Shown: positions 38,693-49,930 of the stretch, piece after piece
Layout: the number at the start of each line of letters is the position of its first letter
How positions within the stretch are numbered: the first letter of the stretch is position 1
Source: Antechinus flavipes
Taxonomy: Eukaryota
Length of the DNA: 64,000 nucleotides
Direction: 5' to 3'
NCBI RefSeq assembly: GCF_016432865.1
Contig: NC_067401.1
Span: forward strand, 52,266,001 to 52,330,000
Made by a program: the position numbers and the translations under genes
Notes under the pieces: model-generated
What the model saw: only the letters and a program-made list of their open reading frames with translations
What the model was told of the DNA's origin: nothing
Database searches by the model: none

Positions 38693-39199
38693 CATTTTAA
38701 AAAAATACCTTATGTGAAAATTCCACTAAATACAAACTAGGCAAGAAACTGCTGCCTTTAATCTTTAGAACTGCCTAAGACAGTGAGAGGTTAAATGACT
38801 TAACCAAGGTCATAGCAGCTAGTATGTGTCAGAGGCAGGCCTTTAAACTAGATCTTCAGGACTTCAAGGCTGGCCCAATTAACTATACCAGGATGCCTCT
38901 TGGTGTTTGAGTAACTACAGAGAACTGCAAAAATTTACAATTCAACTGTGATTTTCCATAATAGTAGTATAATTGATCTTCAAAAAGAAAAATATAGAAC
39001 TGTCACAACCATAAGATTCTAAAGAAACAGAAATTATATAAATTAAAAATGGCATTCAAATTTTTCCTATTGAGAGAAAATATTACAAACATGAAAAATT
39101 AACTAAGTATGGAATTTTGTATATAATTTTCTTATTTAAAATAGGGATTGATTAGAATTTTAAGTTTCCAATTTGTCAGTATTGTCGATTTTGTGTCCA

Positions 39200-40420
39200 C
39201 AACAGAGTGGCAATTAGGCTGCAATAACTCTCTATGTTCAAGTTCAGCTCCATTTAGCAGTCAAGGCATTTAACCATCTGGGAACCACCTTCTCTTTCCA
39301 ACCTTTTCTTACGCTAGTCCCTTTTACCTATTCTATGCCCTATCAATATAGACTAGTTACTGCTTCTATATGACTTGCATTGCCAAGAGTTTGCTTAACT
39401 GGTCCTTATGCCTGGGTGCTCAACTCACTCTTTTATGGAGATAGAATTCCTATACATCCTTTAAAATCTAATTCAGTTAACACTTCCTCAGTAGGTCTTC
39501 ATAAAGTTTACCAAATGGAAATGGCCCTTCTCTCTCTGGCCTCAAAACTCTCTATTCACCCTTTTGTGAGAGCAAAAGAATTCTAAACTTGAATTTAAGG
39601 GGAAAAAAAATATTAGTCATAACTTTTAGCAGATATGTGACCAAGAGCAAGTTATGTAACTTTTCTCATTAATGCATCATGATAACTGCATTATTTCAAA
39701 GGCTAGTTTTAAAGAGCAAATGACAATATATGTCAAAGTACTTTTGGCTAAGTACAAAGCTGGACTTGGATGTCAGAAAAGTCCCAGGTTCAATTCACAC
39801 CTATGGATACTATGTGATCACAGACAATTCCCATACAAATTTTTAAAAATATACTTCGGGAAGGGAGAAAATCAGGAATAGAATATGTTGAAGGAGATAG
39901 CATTTGAACTAAAGCTCACAAAGAGGTAGGGATACAAAAGGCAGCATGAGGAAGGAGATCATTCTCCAGGAATGAGGGAACAGCCTATGCAAAGGAAACT
40001 GAATGGGGAACTCTTATCCAAGGCATAATAATTAGTCCAATTTGGGTGGAAGGTAGGGGATAGAAAGTAAGATATGAAATCAGTCTGGAAAGATAGGGTG
40101 AATCCAGCATTAAAGGATTTTGCCCTTTAGTCAATAAAGGACCACTAAGACTTCCTGAGCTGTGACACAGTCAGACCCATAAGTACAGGATATCAATGCT
40201 AATAAATTATATCAATCATTTGAAGTATGCCCAAAAAGACATCACTGCTTCCCATTAAAATCCTCTACCTAAACAGTGCAGTATTCAGTGTCAGAAAACA
40301 TATGTTCTCTGTTTACAAGCTGTGTGACACTAGCTAAGTAACAACCTCTCTGAACCTCAATTTCATTATCCATAAAATAAAGAGGCTGAACTAGATCACT
40401 GTTAAAGTTATTTCCATCTC
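39200..40420. mobile_element. Mixed L2 and MIR fragments
   Basis: L2-like pyrimidine-rich and purine-rich blocks; MIR core ctgaacctcaatttcattatccataaaat. Confidence 0.6.
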
Positions 40421-41117
40421 CAAAGTATTATGTTTCTAACTATATTTAAAGTAGAACATGAGTCAAAATTCTGAATCAACAAGTTGAGACTCACCAAAAC
40501 CCCCATAAGAATAACCAAGTTAAAATAAAGACATTAAGTTATATAAAAACAGAAAAACATGATGTGGATAAAAAGGAGCTTGAGACCTAACTTGGTAGTT
40601 ATATCAAGATAACTCAAGTAGCCATTACATAAAAAAAAAAGAAAAACGACATACATGCACCCACTCTCACAACTTCTGAACAGGAAACCCAAGGAAAGTT
40701 TCCAAATCCTGTTTCAAGCAGCTATTCTCAAAGTACAGGCCCTACATTTAGAAGTAAGGGCTGGCATTACATGCCAGGGTATCAGAATAAACAAAAGGAA
40801 AAGATGATATTGTCACATACCACCCAAAAGGGTATAACTCTCTCTTCTGTAAAGCTGTATTCTGACCCCCTTATTTTTATTCTCCTCTCTCTCCCAAGAA
40901 GTGAATTTACTTTCCAGTACCCAGAGATAAACCCTGAAAGATCCCCTTCTCTCCACTCCAATCCTAAAAGAGGTTCCCATTGGAGAACTTTCCCATAGGA
41001 GGACAAACTACGTTCTGAAAAATAGTTCCCCACAGGTGTGCAGACCCCTATGGAAAAGTATTCTTTCCAACAACAGTATATTATAAGACTTCAGAGCCAG
41101 TGCCCTCAATCACAAAC

Positions 41118-41590
41118 TTCTTGAGCGACACATAAATCCCATTGCACCCACTTTTCCAACTATATATCCCAGGAATTGAAAAAAAAAAAAAAAAAGTAAG
41201 AAAAAAAGAAAAGTAGTGCCGAAAAAGAGGCTAATAGTATTTGACAGTTATAGCCTCCTCAGTTTAGAGACAAGAAGAGATCCCACTGCACATACTTTCT
41301 TAACTAATACACCCCAAAACAATAATAATTAGTGCCTTAAAAGAGGCCAATATTATCTGACAGTTTTGAGGCAAGGCAAAAATCCCATAGCATCCCCTTC
41401 TCTTTAAGTATATATCCAAGAATTTTTTTTTTAAAAAAGGTATTATTTAAAAGAGGATAATAGTAGTCTACTATCATACCCTCCTTAGTTTTGAGACGAG
41501 GTAAGAATCCCATTGCACCTTCTTTCCTAACTAGATGCCCAAGGGGTTTAAAGGGAAAGGAGTACTGCTTAAAAGAGAGGTTAATGGGGG
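41118..41590. repeat. Degenerate 4-copy tandem repeat (units ~100-145 bp)
   Basis: ATCCCAYWGCA core at 41136, 41280, 41382, 41507; AAAAGAGG..AAT at ~41222, 41339, 41449, 41571. Confidence 0.75.
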
Positions 41591-42135
41591 GCAGAAAGCG
41601 ATAAAAAGCGTGTCTGCAGAAGAGCCCTAGACAGGGATGCCTCAAGCCATCAGCTTCCCGGGCAGGGGAGAAGTGGTCCTCTCCGGGTCAGTGGAATCCC
41701 CTGAGCGCCTCCTTTTTCTTGGGGTGAGGGCAGGGAAGGTGTGCTGCCCTCAAGGGGGCCATCCCCCGGCCCCCACCCCAAGGGTCGACGGCACTGGGGA
41801 CCCTGCCAGGCCAGGTGCGAGGCGAGGAAGGAATGGGAACCTGCCACCTCGGAGGGTGGGGGCTCAATGTCCGCCCCTTTCCGGGCCCCTCCCGCCGGCC
41901 CGGGCCACCCCGCCGGCCCGTCCCGGGCGTGGCAGCCTGTGGCCGCAGCAGTGGCGGCGGCGGCGGCGGGGCCTCCCCGAGTCCCGGCCCCTCCCGCCGG
42001 CCTGGGCCCCGTCGCCGCCACCGCCACCACCGCCGCCGCCTCCCCGGACACTGAGGGAAAAGGGCGGGGGGGAGGGAAAGAACAGGGGTCGGACGGACGG
42101 ACAACATCAGCCGCAGCCCCCAGCCCCTCACTCAC

Positions 42136-42350
42136 CCCCCGGTCCGGCGCCTCCTCCTCCTCCTCCTCCTCCTCCGCCTCCTCCTCCTCCTCCTCCTCCT
42201 CCCCTCGGCCGCGGGTCCTGCTCGGGCTCTGCGCGGCGGCGGCGGCGGGGCGGCCTCGGGAGCGGCGGCGGCGGCGGCGGCAGCGGCGGCCTCGGGAGCG
42301 GCGGCGGCGGCCTCGGGACCGCGCACGCACGCACAGACGCACGCTCCTCC
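42136..42350 (-). other. Putative non-coding exon 1 (TSS approximate)
   Basis: Ends ...CCGGGGG|GTGAGT (intron starts 42135); contains no ATG; built from (GCC)n and (GGA)n runs. Confidence 0.72.
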
Positions 42351-42366
42351 TCCTGCCTTCGTCTAG

Positions 42367-42412
42367 ATTGGCCCCGCCCCACCTGCGGGAACTCGCGCTT
42401 CGCCCCGCCCCC
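42367..42412 (-). promoter_or_regulatory. CCAAT box plus two GC boxes (Sp/KLF-type)
   Basis: Plus-strand ATTGG 42367-42371 (CCAAT on minus) overlapping GCCCCGCCCC 42371-42380; second CGCCCCGCCCCC at 42401-42412, just upstream of the putative exon 1. Confidence 0.7.
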
Positions 42413-43199
42413 GAGCCTCGCTCTGGAGGCCGCCTTTAAAAGAGCCGCGGGGAGGCTGGGAGGGGGGAGGAAGACAAGGGAGGCGTGAGAACTGCGTGTT
42501 GCCGGGCTGGTGCCCCGAACTGAACTTTTCACTTCCCCCACCCCCACCTCCTCCTGACTTCCCCATCCTGGCGTTCCAGTCATCCCGAGACCGAGCCTCG
42601 ATGTCATCATCTCCGATTCTTCCCCCCTCCTTTCAACCCCCGTGCAATTAGTCAGTTGTGCCTCGGCAGGATCTCCTGTGTCCGGCTCCCGTCTGCACAT
42701 GGGAGTCACCCCGCTAATCCCAGAGCTAAACTAATGATTGTTCATAGCCTCCTGACTCTCCTTCCAGTTTAGATCCGCACCATGAATGAGGTTCTGTTGT
42801 GTCGGTCCTGAAAAATCTTCCGCGAGCCCGCACTGCCCGCCGAATAAACTCCAGACTACTGACTCTGGCATTCAAGGTCCTCCACAATCGGGCTCCAGCC
42901 TCCTCTCCAGCCTTATTCTGGAGAGCGCGAATTTAATACCTACCATGGGAAAATTGACGCAGATAGGAAGCCCAGGGCAATCAGGAAGACCCCAGGTCAA
43001 ATGTGATCTCAGATCTTCAGCTAAGAATTCGTGTCTTAGCTATGCAATCCTGGGCAAATCCCTTGACTTCTGTTTGCCTTCACCTGCTGGAGAAGGAAGT
43101 GGCAATGCACCCCAATATCTTTGCCAGAAAAGCTCATGGACAGAATGGTCCACCAGGTGAGGAAGAGCAGGTCGGTACTGAACAACAGATAGGTCCCAG

Positions 43200-43390
43200 G
43201 CACTGTGCTAAGCACGTTAGAACTGTTATCTCATTTGTTCCTCACAACAATCCTGGGAGGTAGATACTATTACTATTTCCATTTTATAGATAAACAGGCA
43301 AAAAGAGGTTACGGGTCTGAGACAAGATTTGAACTCATGTCTTCCCTACTTCACATCCAACAGTCCATCTGCTGTACTAGCTGCCATATA
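43200..43390 (-). mobile_element. MIR/Mar1 SINE
   Basis: ctcatttgttcctcacaacaatcctgggaggtag...cattttatagat...agatttgaactcatgtcttcc. Confidence 0.8.
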
Positions 43391-45488
43391 TCCTGCATAT
43401 TACATTGTCTTTGAAGGACTGCAAACAAACTGGACCACTTTCTGTCTTCTCATGTCCAATTTTCCCATTAATCATACTCAAAATAGATTAACACCACTCC
43501 TTTAATATTTAATCTCCAAGTTTTAAGTCCTTCTTTTCTTTTCAAGATCCAAGGCAAAATGCCATCTGCTCTTTGAAATGTTCCTTAACTCTCTCCCTGA
43601 AATAGGATTCCCTGTTTCTGATGAAAATCAACAAGTCAGTCACTTTACTATGTATGGAGCATTGTACTAAGATAAAACTCCAGCAAAAAGAAAAGCAGGC
43701 CTTTCCTGGCCTCAGGGAATGTACTTTCTAATTGGGGAAGTCAATACTTTTAAAAGAATTTGAGATCCAGATTTTTTTCTCAGAATTGAGTTTACTGGGA
43801 ACTGGCATCACAGTCACCAAGAGAAGGTCACTGAAATTTAGAGGCAAAGTTAGAAGAGAAATTCAGCCGGTCCAAAAAGTGAAATTGATCTCTTCCGAGA
43901 TTTCTCAGTCCATAGTCTGTTGGACTCTCCTGTGAATAACTCGATCTCCTTTCTATCCCTTTGTAAGGATAGAAATGTTTGTTGAAAGGAATTAGGTTAA
44001 ACAACTTTTGAAGGGAAGAGAGGTGAGGGGTAGGAGGGAATCATGAAGAAAGCTGAAAATGAAAAGAAGTAAAAGTACTAAGTTGGAGGAATGAGAAAAG
44101 CTTGGCTCTAAGACCTTCTTCAAGTTTCAGTTTCCATGAAACAAGAGAGTTAGTCTATTCTAGATTATGTCTAAGGACCCCTTCATCTGTATATGATATT
44201 GGGGAAAAAAAGGTCTTTGAAAAGAGTGATTGAAGGTTGGATCTAGATATCCTTCTCCAAGCAGATAAGGAACTTAGTTATGATTTGGTATATAAGTTCT
44301 AGGAAGTTATCTGAGCTACATAGGGGTTTAAAGGGACTTCCCTAAAGTAATATAGTATACTCAGAGACAGTATTTGAACCCTAATCCTGACTCCAAGTCA
44401 GTATTCTATACATGGACTACACAATAAAAAGGACAATCCATGAAAAGATCTGTGTCTTCTTGCATGTGCTAACAGTCATTATCAGCAATTTCTATGTAAT
44501 GTTCCTACGTGCATATTTCAATTAGTCTTCATAATAATTCTAATCAAGTTGGTAATGCAAGTATTTTTATTCCCATTTTGCAAATTAGGAAACTGAGTTT
44601 CAGAGACATTAAGGAAATTGCAGGAGGTTACAATCCCTGGTACAGGCCCTCTAAACTAGGTCTTCTGACTCCTGGTCTACTGTACTCTTTTCACCTAGAA
44701 CACAGCTGCCTCAAATATTTGATACCAATGTGATCCTGCCAGTCTTTATTGAATAAATAAGTGTTTGCTGGTATAAAATCTCTAAGAGTTGTCTTAGAGT
44801 AGAGGAAATTGATTCTTGAAGGAGTTAAATCAAACCTGATGAACAAATTAGGTGTCTGGCAAAGGTCCCTTGAAAGTTTGGGGATAAACTTTATGCTTCT
44901 CCCAAGATCTTTGTACCATTGTACCCTTGATTCCTTTCACACCATGACACCCCAGACCCTCTCCCAGCTAGACTTGAACATTAGAGACTTTATCCATAGT
45001 CCCACTGTAAGGTCTGATATTTCTATAACTAACTTTTTCTTAAGGACTGAGGAAATCCCAATTCCCATTGTCTTAACCCTGACTCCAATAGCAATGAGAC
45101 CCAAAAGAGAAGTGATTAATCTGCAAAGAGGGAAGGAAAAAATCCCTAAAATCAGGAGCAGGTCCAAAAAAAGTAAAATAACTTGTCTTGAGAAATAGTG
45201 GGATCTTTGTCTTTGAAGGACTACTAACAGGCTGGACCACCATTTATTGGATATGATATAGTGGGAATTCCTTCCATATACTGAGTTGGACAAGATTATC
45301 TTGTAAGAGCCCTTCCAACTCTCAAATTCCATAATTTTAAGAAAGTGTCTGCCTGACCTCAGAGAAACTTTCCCTTGCCATAAAGCTTGAGCTACTAAAG
45401 AGAGAAGACAGTATTACTACTTTTTTTCCAGAAGCTTTTTGAGAATTTCTACCAAATGTTTCCCAGACTCTTAAGAGACTGGTTTAAC

Positions 45489-45492
<4 letters not shown>

Positions 45493-45542
<50 letters not shown>

Positions 45543-45543
45543 T
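45493..45543. repeat. (ATT)n microsatellite
   Basis: Perfect ATT run. Confidence 0.97.
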
Positions 45544-45659
45544 TAGATAAAATCGACTGGAGTGAAACTGGCAGGGTCTCAATTTATAGCCAGTCATTTT
45601 TAAAGCATTAAGGTTGTGACATAAATCAATTTAAAAAAAAAAAAAAAAAGAGCTCCATG

Positions 45660-45880
45660 TAATTTTGTTGTTTAGTCATTTTCAGTCATGTGCAACTCTT
45701 TGTGACCTCTCTTGGGTTTTTCTTGACACAGACACTTCAGTTTGCCAATGCATTTTATAGATAAGGAAATTGAGACAAAGAGAGTTGAATGACTTGCCCC
45801 AAGGAATTGATGCAGATTTAGAAAATATTTTCAGAGCTAGTGATTCCATTTCCTTTTGTAGAACAAGAGTAAGGTTACTT
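45660..45880 (-). mobile_element. Mar1 SINE
   Basis: ttgtttagtcattttcagtcatgtgcaactctttgtgacc...cattttatagataaggaaattgagac. Confidence 0.8.
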
Positions 45881-46519
45881 TTCAGTGCCAAGCTAGAACC
45901 AACAGTCTTGTTGGGACACTAGATTAAGAGTGACCAGTTTTATCCAGGGTGCTGAAATTTATAAGGGCATACTTTCTCCTTGGTGGTCTTCTGATTCATC
46001 ATTTCAGTGTCTCAAAGTAAATACCCTTGTGCTTCAGAATGCTGCATCATTTTTTAATATATTCCAAATATAAATATTAATATATTTAATATATCCACTA
46101 TGCCTTCTCCTACAAACCTTATCCTGCATTTTCTCCTGAGTATTGTGGGGGTTTAGAGATGAATTAGGTGTTATTAATTAGACTAAATAGATTCAGGCCA
46201 GACTCTCTGAGGCAACAGACTTTTCCCCTCAGCACAACTGCATCTGGCTTTGAGTGGCTCAGAGAAAAGCCATGTGGGGGGGTAATTGAAGGTAAATGTC
46301 AGTAAGTACAAGATATCAAAGACTTCCTATACCATAGATAAGCTCTGTAGCTTCTCTCATAATAACTGTAGCAATAGGTGACTTTTCTAAATCTAAATCT
46401 ATGACCTTATGAAAATGATTATTAAATAGGAACTCTAGAGAATATACTAAATAGCCCTTGTGACCTATAATACTCATGCTAACTAATGAATAAGACTTAT
46501 GGGCCATAATCCTTGTGTA

Positions 46520-49500
46520 AAGCAGTGATAAAGTTCATGTGACTCTACCTTATATTATATGAAAGACAATCCTTGAACAGTGAAGTTGTTGGCTTTCATG
46601 TATAAAAGACTGGGCAAAACACCAAATAGTAAATTACTGGAGCTCTTTTTATATTTCCAAGATGAGAAGAATAATGGGAGACCTGACAGGAAAGGGTTGG
46701 AGAAAAACTGTGACAGGCTTTAAATGCCGCAGAAAGGAAGTATATTTTATACTAGAATCAATAGGAAATCATGGAAGCTATTTAAGTAAGGAAATATCAT
46801 GGTCAGATCTATGTTCTAGGACTATAAAATTGGTACTTGATTGGAGGATGACCTGGAAAGGAAAAAGAAACTGGAGGGAGGGAGATCAATTAGGAGGCTA
46901 TCAGAATAGTCCAGGTAAATGGTGTGGAAGATCTAAACTAGATGATGACCATGTGAGTGGAGAAAAATGGACAAATTTTGAGGTTTGTTGAGAAAGTACA
47001 ATCAACAATACTTGGTAAATGATCAGATATCTGGAGGAAGAAAGTGAAAAGAGTTGAAGATGACTCCAAGGATGTGAACCTGAGTGATTAGAAGGATGGT
47101 CTGCCCTCAATAGAAACAGAATAATAAAAAGAAATGGATTTGGGGGGGGGGGGGGGAAAGGGGGAGGGAAGGAAGTTCTATTCTGTACATGTTGAATGTG
47201 TGTAATGCTTATAGGACATCCTGTTGAATTTGCTCAGCATGCAGTTGACATGATGTTGGTCCAATATATAAATATGGGAGTCATTTGCAAAGAGATGATA
47301 ATTAAACCCTTTGAGGCAGTGAGATCACTGAGAGATCATAGAGATAAAAGAAAATAAGGCCTAAATCAGAGTCCTGGGATACACCCACACAAAAAGGGCA
47401 GGGTTTGAATGATTATCCCCTAAAGGAAACTGAGAAGAGGCCTTCAAACAGGTAGGAATATAACCAGAAGAATACAGTGTCATGAGAACCACACATAGGA
47501 AGAAGAGTAGGGCTTAAGAGGGATAATGCCTGGAAAAAAAGACTTACTAGATCTAGCAATATACGAAGAGCTACTTAGTAACCTTGAAAAGAACAGTTTC
47601 AGTCAAGTGGTGTGACCCAGCCCAGAAATTAAAGTGCAAAGGGGTTGAGAAGTAAGCATGAAAGGTATTTTCTAGGAGCTTAACAGAAGGCAAAAATTTC
47701 AGACTTTTGAATCTTTAACCATATGTCCTTAAAAGTACCACAACCGTAATGGTTGATTGAATCCTGGCTTTTATGAATGCCTATAAAAGAAAAAAGGAAA
47801 AAAGAATCATAAATAAGAACCAGAGGTGAGAGAGCCCATCTATCCTTCCTAATCTTCTTTACTGGGACCATCAAGGCAAAGCAAAGTAGCATCTTTGCTA
47901 GTATATATCCTATTCCCCATTGGTATACCCTCAAGGTTCTGATCTGGGTCCTCTTCTCTTTTTTCAGTATACCTTCTCACTTAATGACCACTTTAGCCTC
48001 CATGGGTTCAATTATCATCTAGATCTATATATCTAGCCCAGGTTTTTTATCTGACTTCCAATCCAATATTTTCAGTGATCTATTGGTTATTTCCACCTAG
48101 ATATTCCCTGGATATCTCAAAGCCCACGTGGCTAAGATAGACTTCATCCTTGCCCACAAACTATCTCACTTCCTAACTTCTTTGGTCAAGGACATTACCA
48201 TACTTCCAGCCTCAGGGTTATACAATCTTGGAATTATCCTTAACTCACCACTCTCTTTCACCTCACATATCCAATCACTTAACAAATCTTAGTGATTTTT
48301 ACCTTTACTTCCCTATTGATTTTTACTTCTATAAGAATGGCATTTCTTGTATCTTTTTCAATTTTTCCACTCACATGGCCACAACCCTAGTTCAGGCCCT
48401 TATCATTTCTGGCCATATTGGCCTTCTTTCCTCAAGTAACTCCATTCTCCAAACTATCCTCCATGCAGCTACCAAAATGATCTTCCTTGAGTTTAGATAT
48501 GACCATGTCACTGCCCTCTTCAATAAAATTCAGTAGTTCCTTTTTGCTTCTAGCATCAAATTGCTCTTCTGATTGTCATTTAAAATGCTTTATAACTTGG
48601 TTACAATGTACATTTTCAGACTTTTTGAATCTCATATCCCTTTATATGTTCTACAATCCAGAAAAAACTTTCTTACTTTTTTTACTATGAGACATTGCAT
48701 CTTACATCCCTGAAAGATTACATGAATTGTTCTGGTACCTGGAATACATTCACTTCTCACCTTTACATCTGAGTATCTCTTCCTTCAAAACTCAGCTCAA
48801 GTATTACCTTCTATTTGAGTCCTTCCATATCCTTCTAATTTCTAATACCTTTTGCCTGAAATTGTCTTGTATGTTCTATTTTGTCCATATGTTTGTTTTA
48901 AAAAATGTTTCCCCTGGTAGAAGTTAAATTCCCTGAGAGAGGGATTGTTTTTGGATCCCTAGTGCCTTGTACCAAGGACTGGCAAGTTATTTGCATAATT
49001 GATGTTTAATTGCTTGGTTGCTTGGTTGAGTTGGTGTGAAGCCTGTTCTGCATAATTCGTTCCAGGCCTACGTAGTCCTACTGCCCCAAAGAAGGTAGCT
49101 GAGGAAAGGTAGTAATAGAGCCTCTTGGCTCAAAAGATGACATTGATAGATTCCAGAACCCTAAATTCCTATAAGCTTTGGAGAGATACTGGCAGAATAT
49201 GACCGAATCCGTATGCTGAATGCATCTTGCCAAGAGATGGTAATAGAACTTTGCTTTGCTTTTCACAGGCCTGTAATTTGAAGACAAAGATTTCTAAGGT
49301 GAGGAAACAGATAAAGACTAAGGATAATGGAGGAGACACTGTGGTGTCTGAAAAGATGTCAAAATTTTGGTGGGAACCCCAAATGTGCCAACCAAAGATG
49401 AAGTTTTTTCTTATCAGAAATAAAATGCTAGTTGGGAGGAGAGAGCATTAGGCCAACCACACCTATAAATGAGGAAAAGAGAAGCTCAGGACAACGAGTA

Positions 49501-49930
49501 GTTAGCCACATATGATCACCAATGATGTTCTAGTTGTCCAATCACTTGATATTTTCTCAGTCCCATCTTTCGTGACCTTTTTTGCAGCATTTGACAAAGG
49601 AGACCTGTCCTTATTCCCTGATAATGTCTTGCATTGGTTTGGTGATGCTTACTTCTTTTTCTCCCAGTTTTCCTGCTACCTCTCTGCTTCTTTTTGGACT
49701 TCACAACTACATATTCTTCTTCCTTCTATCCCCTAAGGTTCAGTATAATCCAAGGCTCTATTCTTGGTTGTCTTTTCTCTGCCTATATTTTTTTCCTTTG
49801 GTAATCTCATCATTCTACCTCCCCTGTCTCATTAGAGTCCTAAAATCCTTCTCCCTCATGCCTCTAATTACCTAGTAAATATCTGCACTTGATCATCCTC
49901 CTCTCTCTACCTCCAGCATCTAAAACTTAG
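46520..49930. mobile_element. Large block of L2 fragments (minus ~46520-47690, plus ~47900-49020, mixed to ~49930)
   Basis: gatgactccaaggatgtgaacctgagtgattagaaggatgg (minus); ccatgggttcaattatcatct and 3' end ttgatgtttaattgcttggttg (plus). Confidence 0.75.

Larger units (their letters stand above)
1..42350 (-). other. 5' part of an unidentified spliced gene (non-coding first exons plus long introns); coding exons inferred to lie left of the window
   Basis: CpG island with a minus-strand first exon and a strong GTGAGT donor at 42135; two downstream minus-strand exon candidates with canonical acceptor/donor; most intronic L1/SINE copies are antisense to it; no coding exon recognised. Confidence 0.7.
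41640..42900. promoter_or_regulatory. CpG island promoter
   Basis: Abrupt switch from AT-rich, CpG-poor DNA to very GC- and CpG-rich sequence (many CGG/GCG/CCG); the only such island in the window. Confidence 0.93.

Noticed and set aside
34589-42350. Assigning a gene symbol
   Set aside because: No coding exon in the window and I do not recognise the UTR exons; BLASTN of 37506-37603 and 34589-34683 against mammalian mRNAs would decide
42350-42366. ETS/GABP site next to the CCAAT box
   Set aside because: Sequence reads CGAAG, not CGGAAG
41637-42709. Long overlapping ORFs (283, 230, 232, 193 aa etc.) in the CpG island
   Set aside because: Stop-poor GC-rich triplet DNA; open on both strands in several frames, low-complexity products, and they run through the splice donor
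44809-45332. Overlapping antisense ORFs of 129 and 131 aa, one hydrophobic
   Set aside because: Non-ATG starts, no recognisable domain and no splice context; probably chance or old TE sequence
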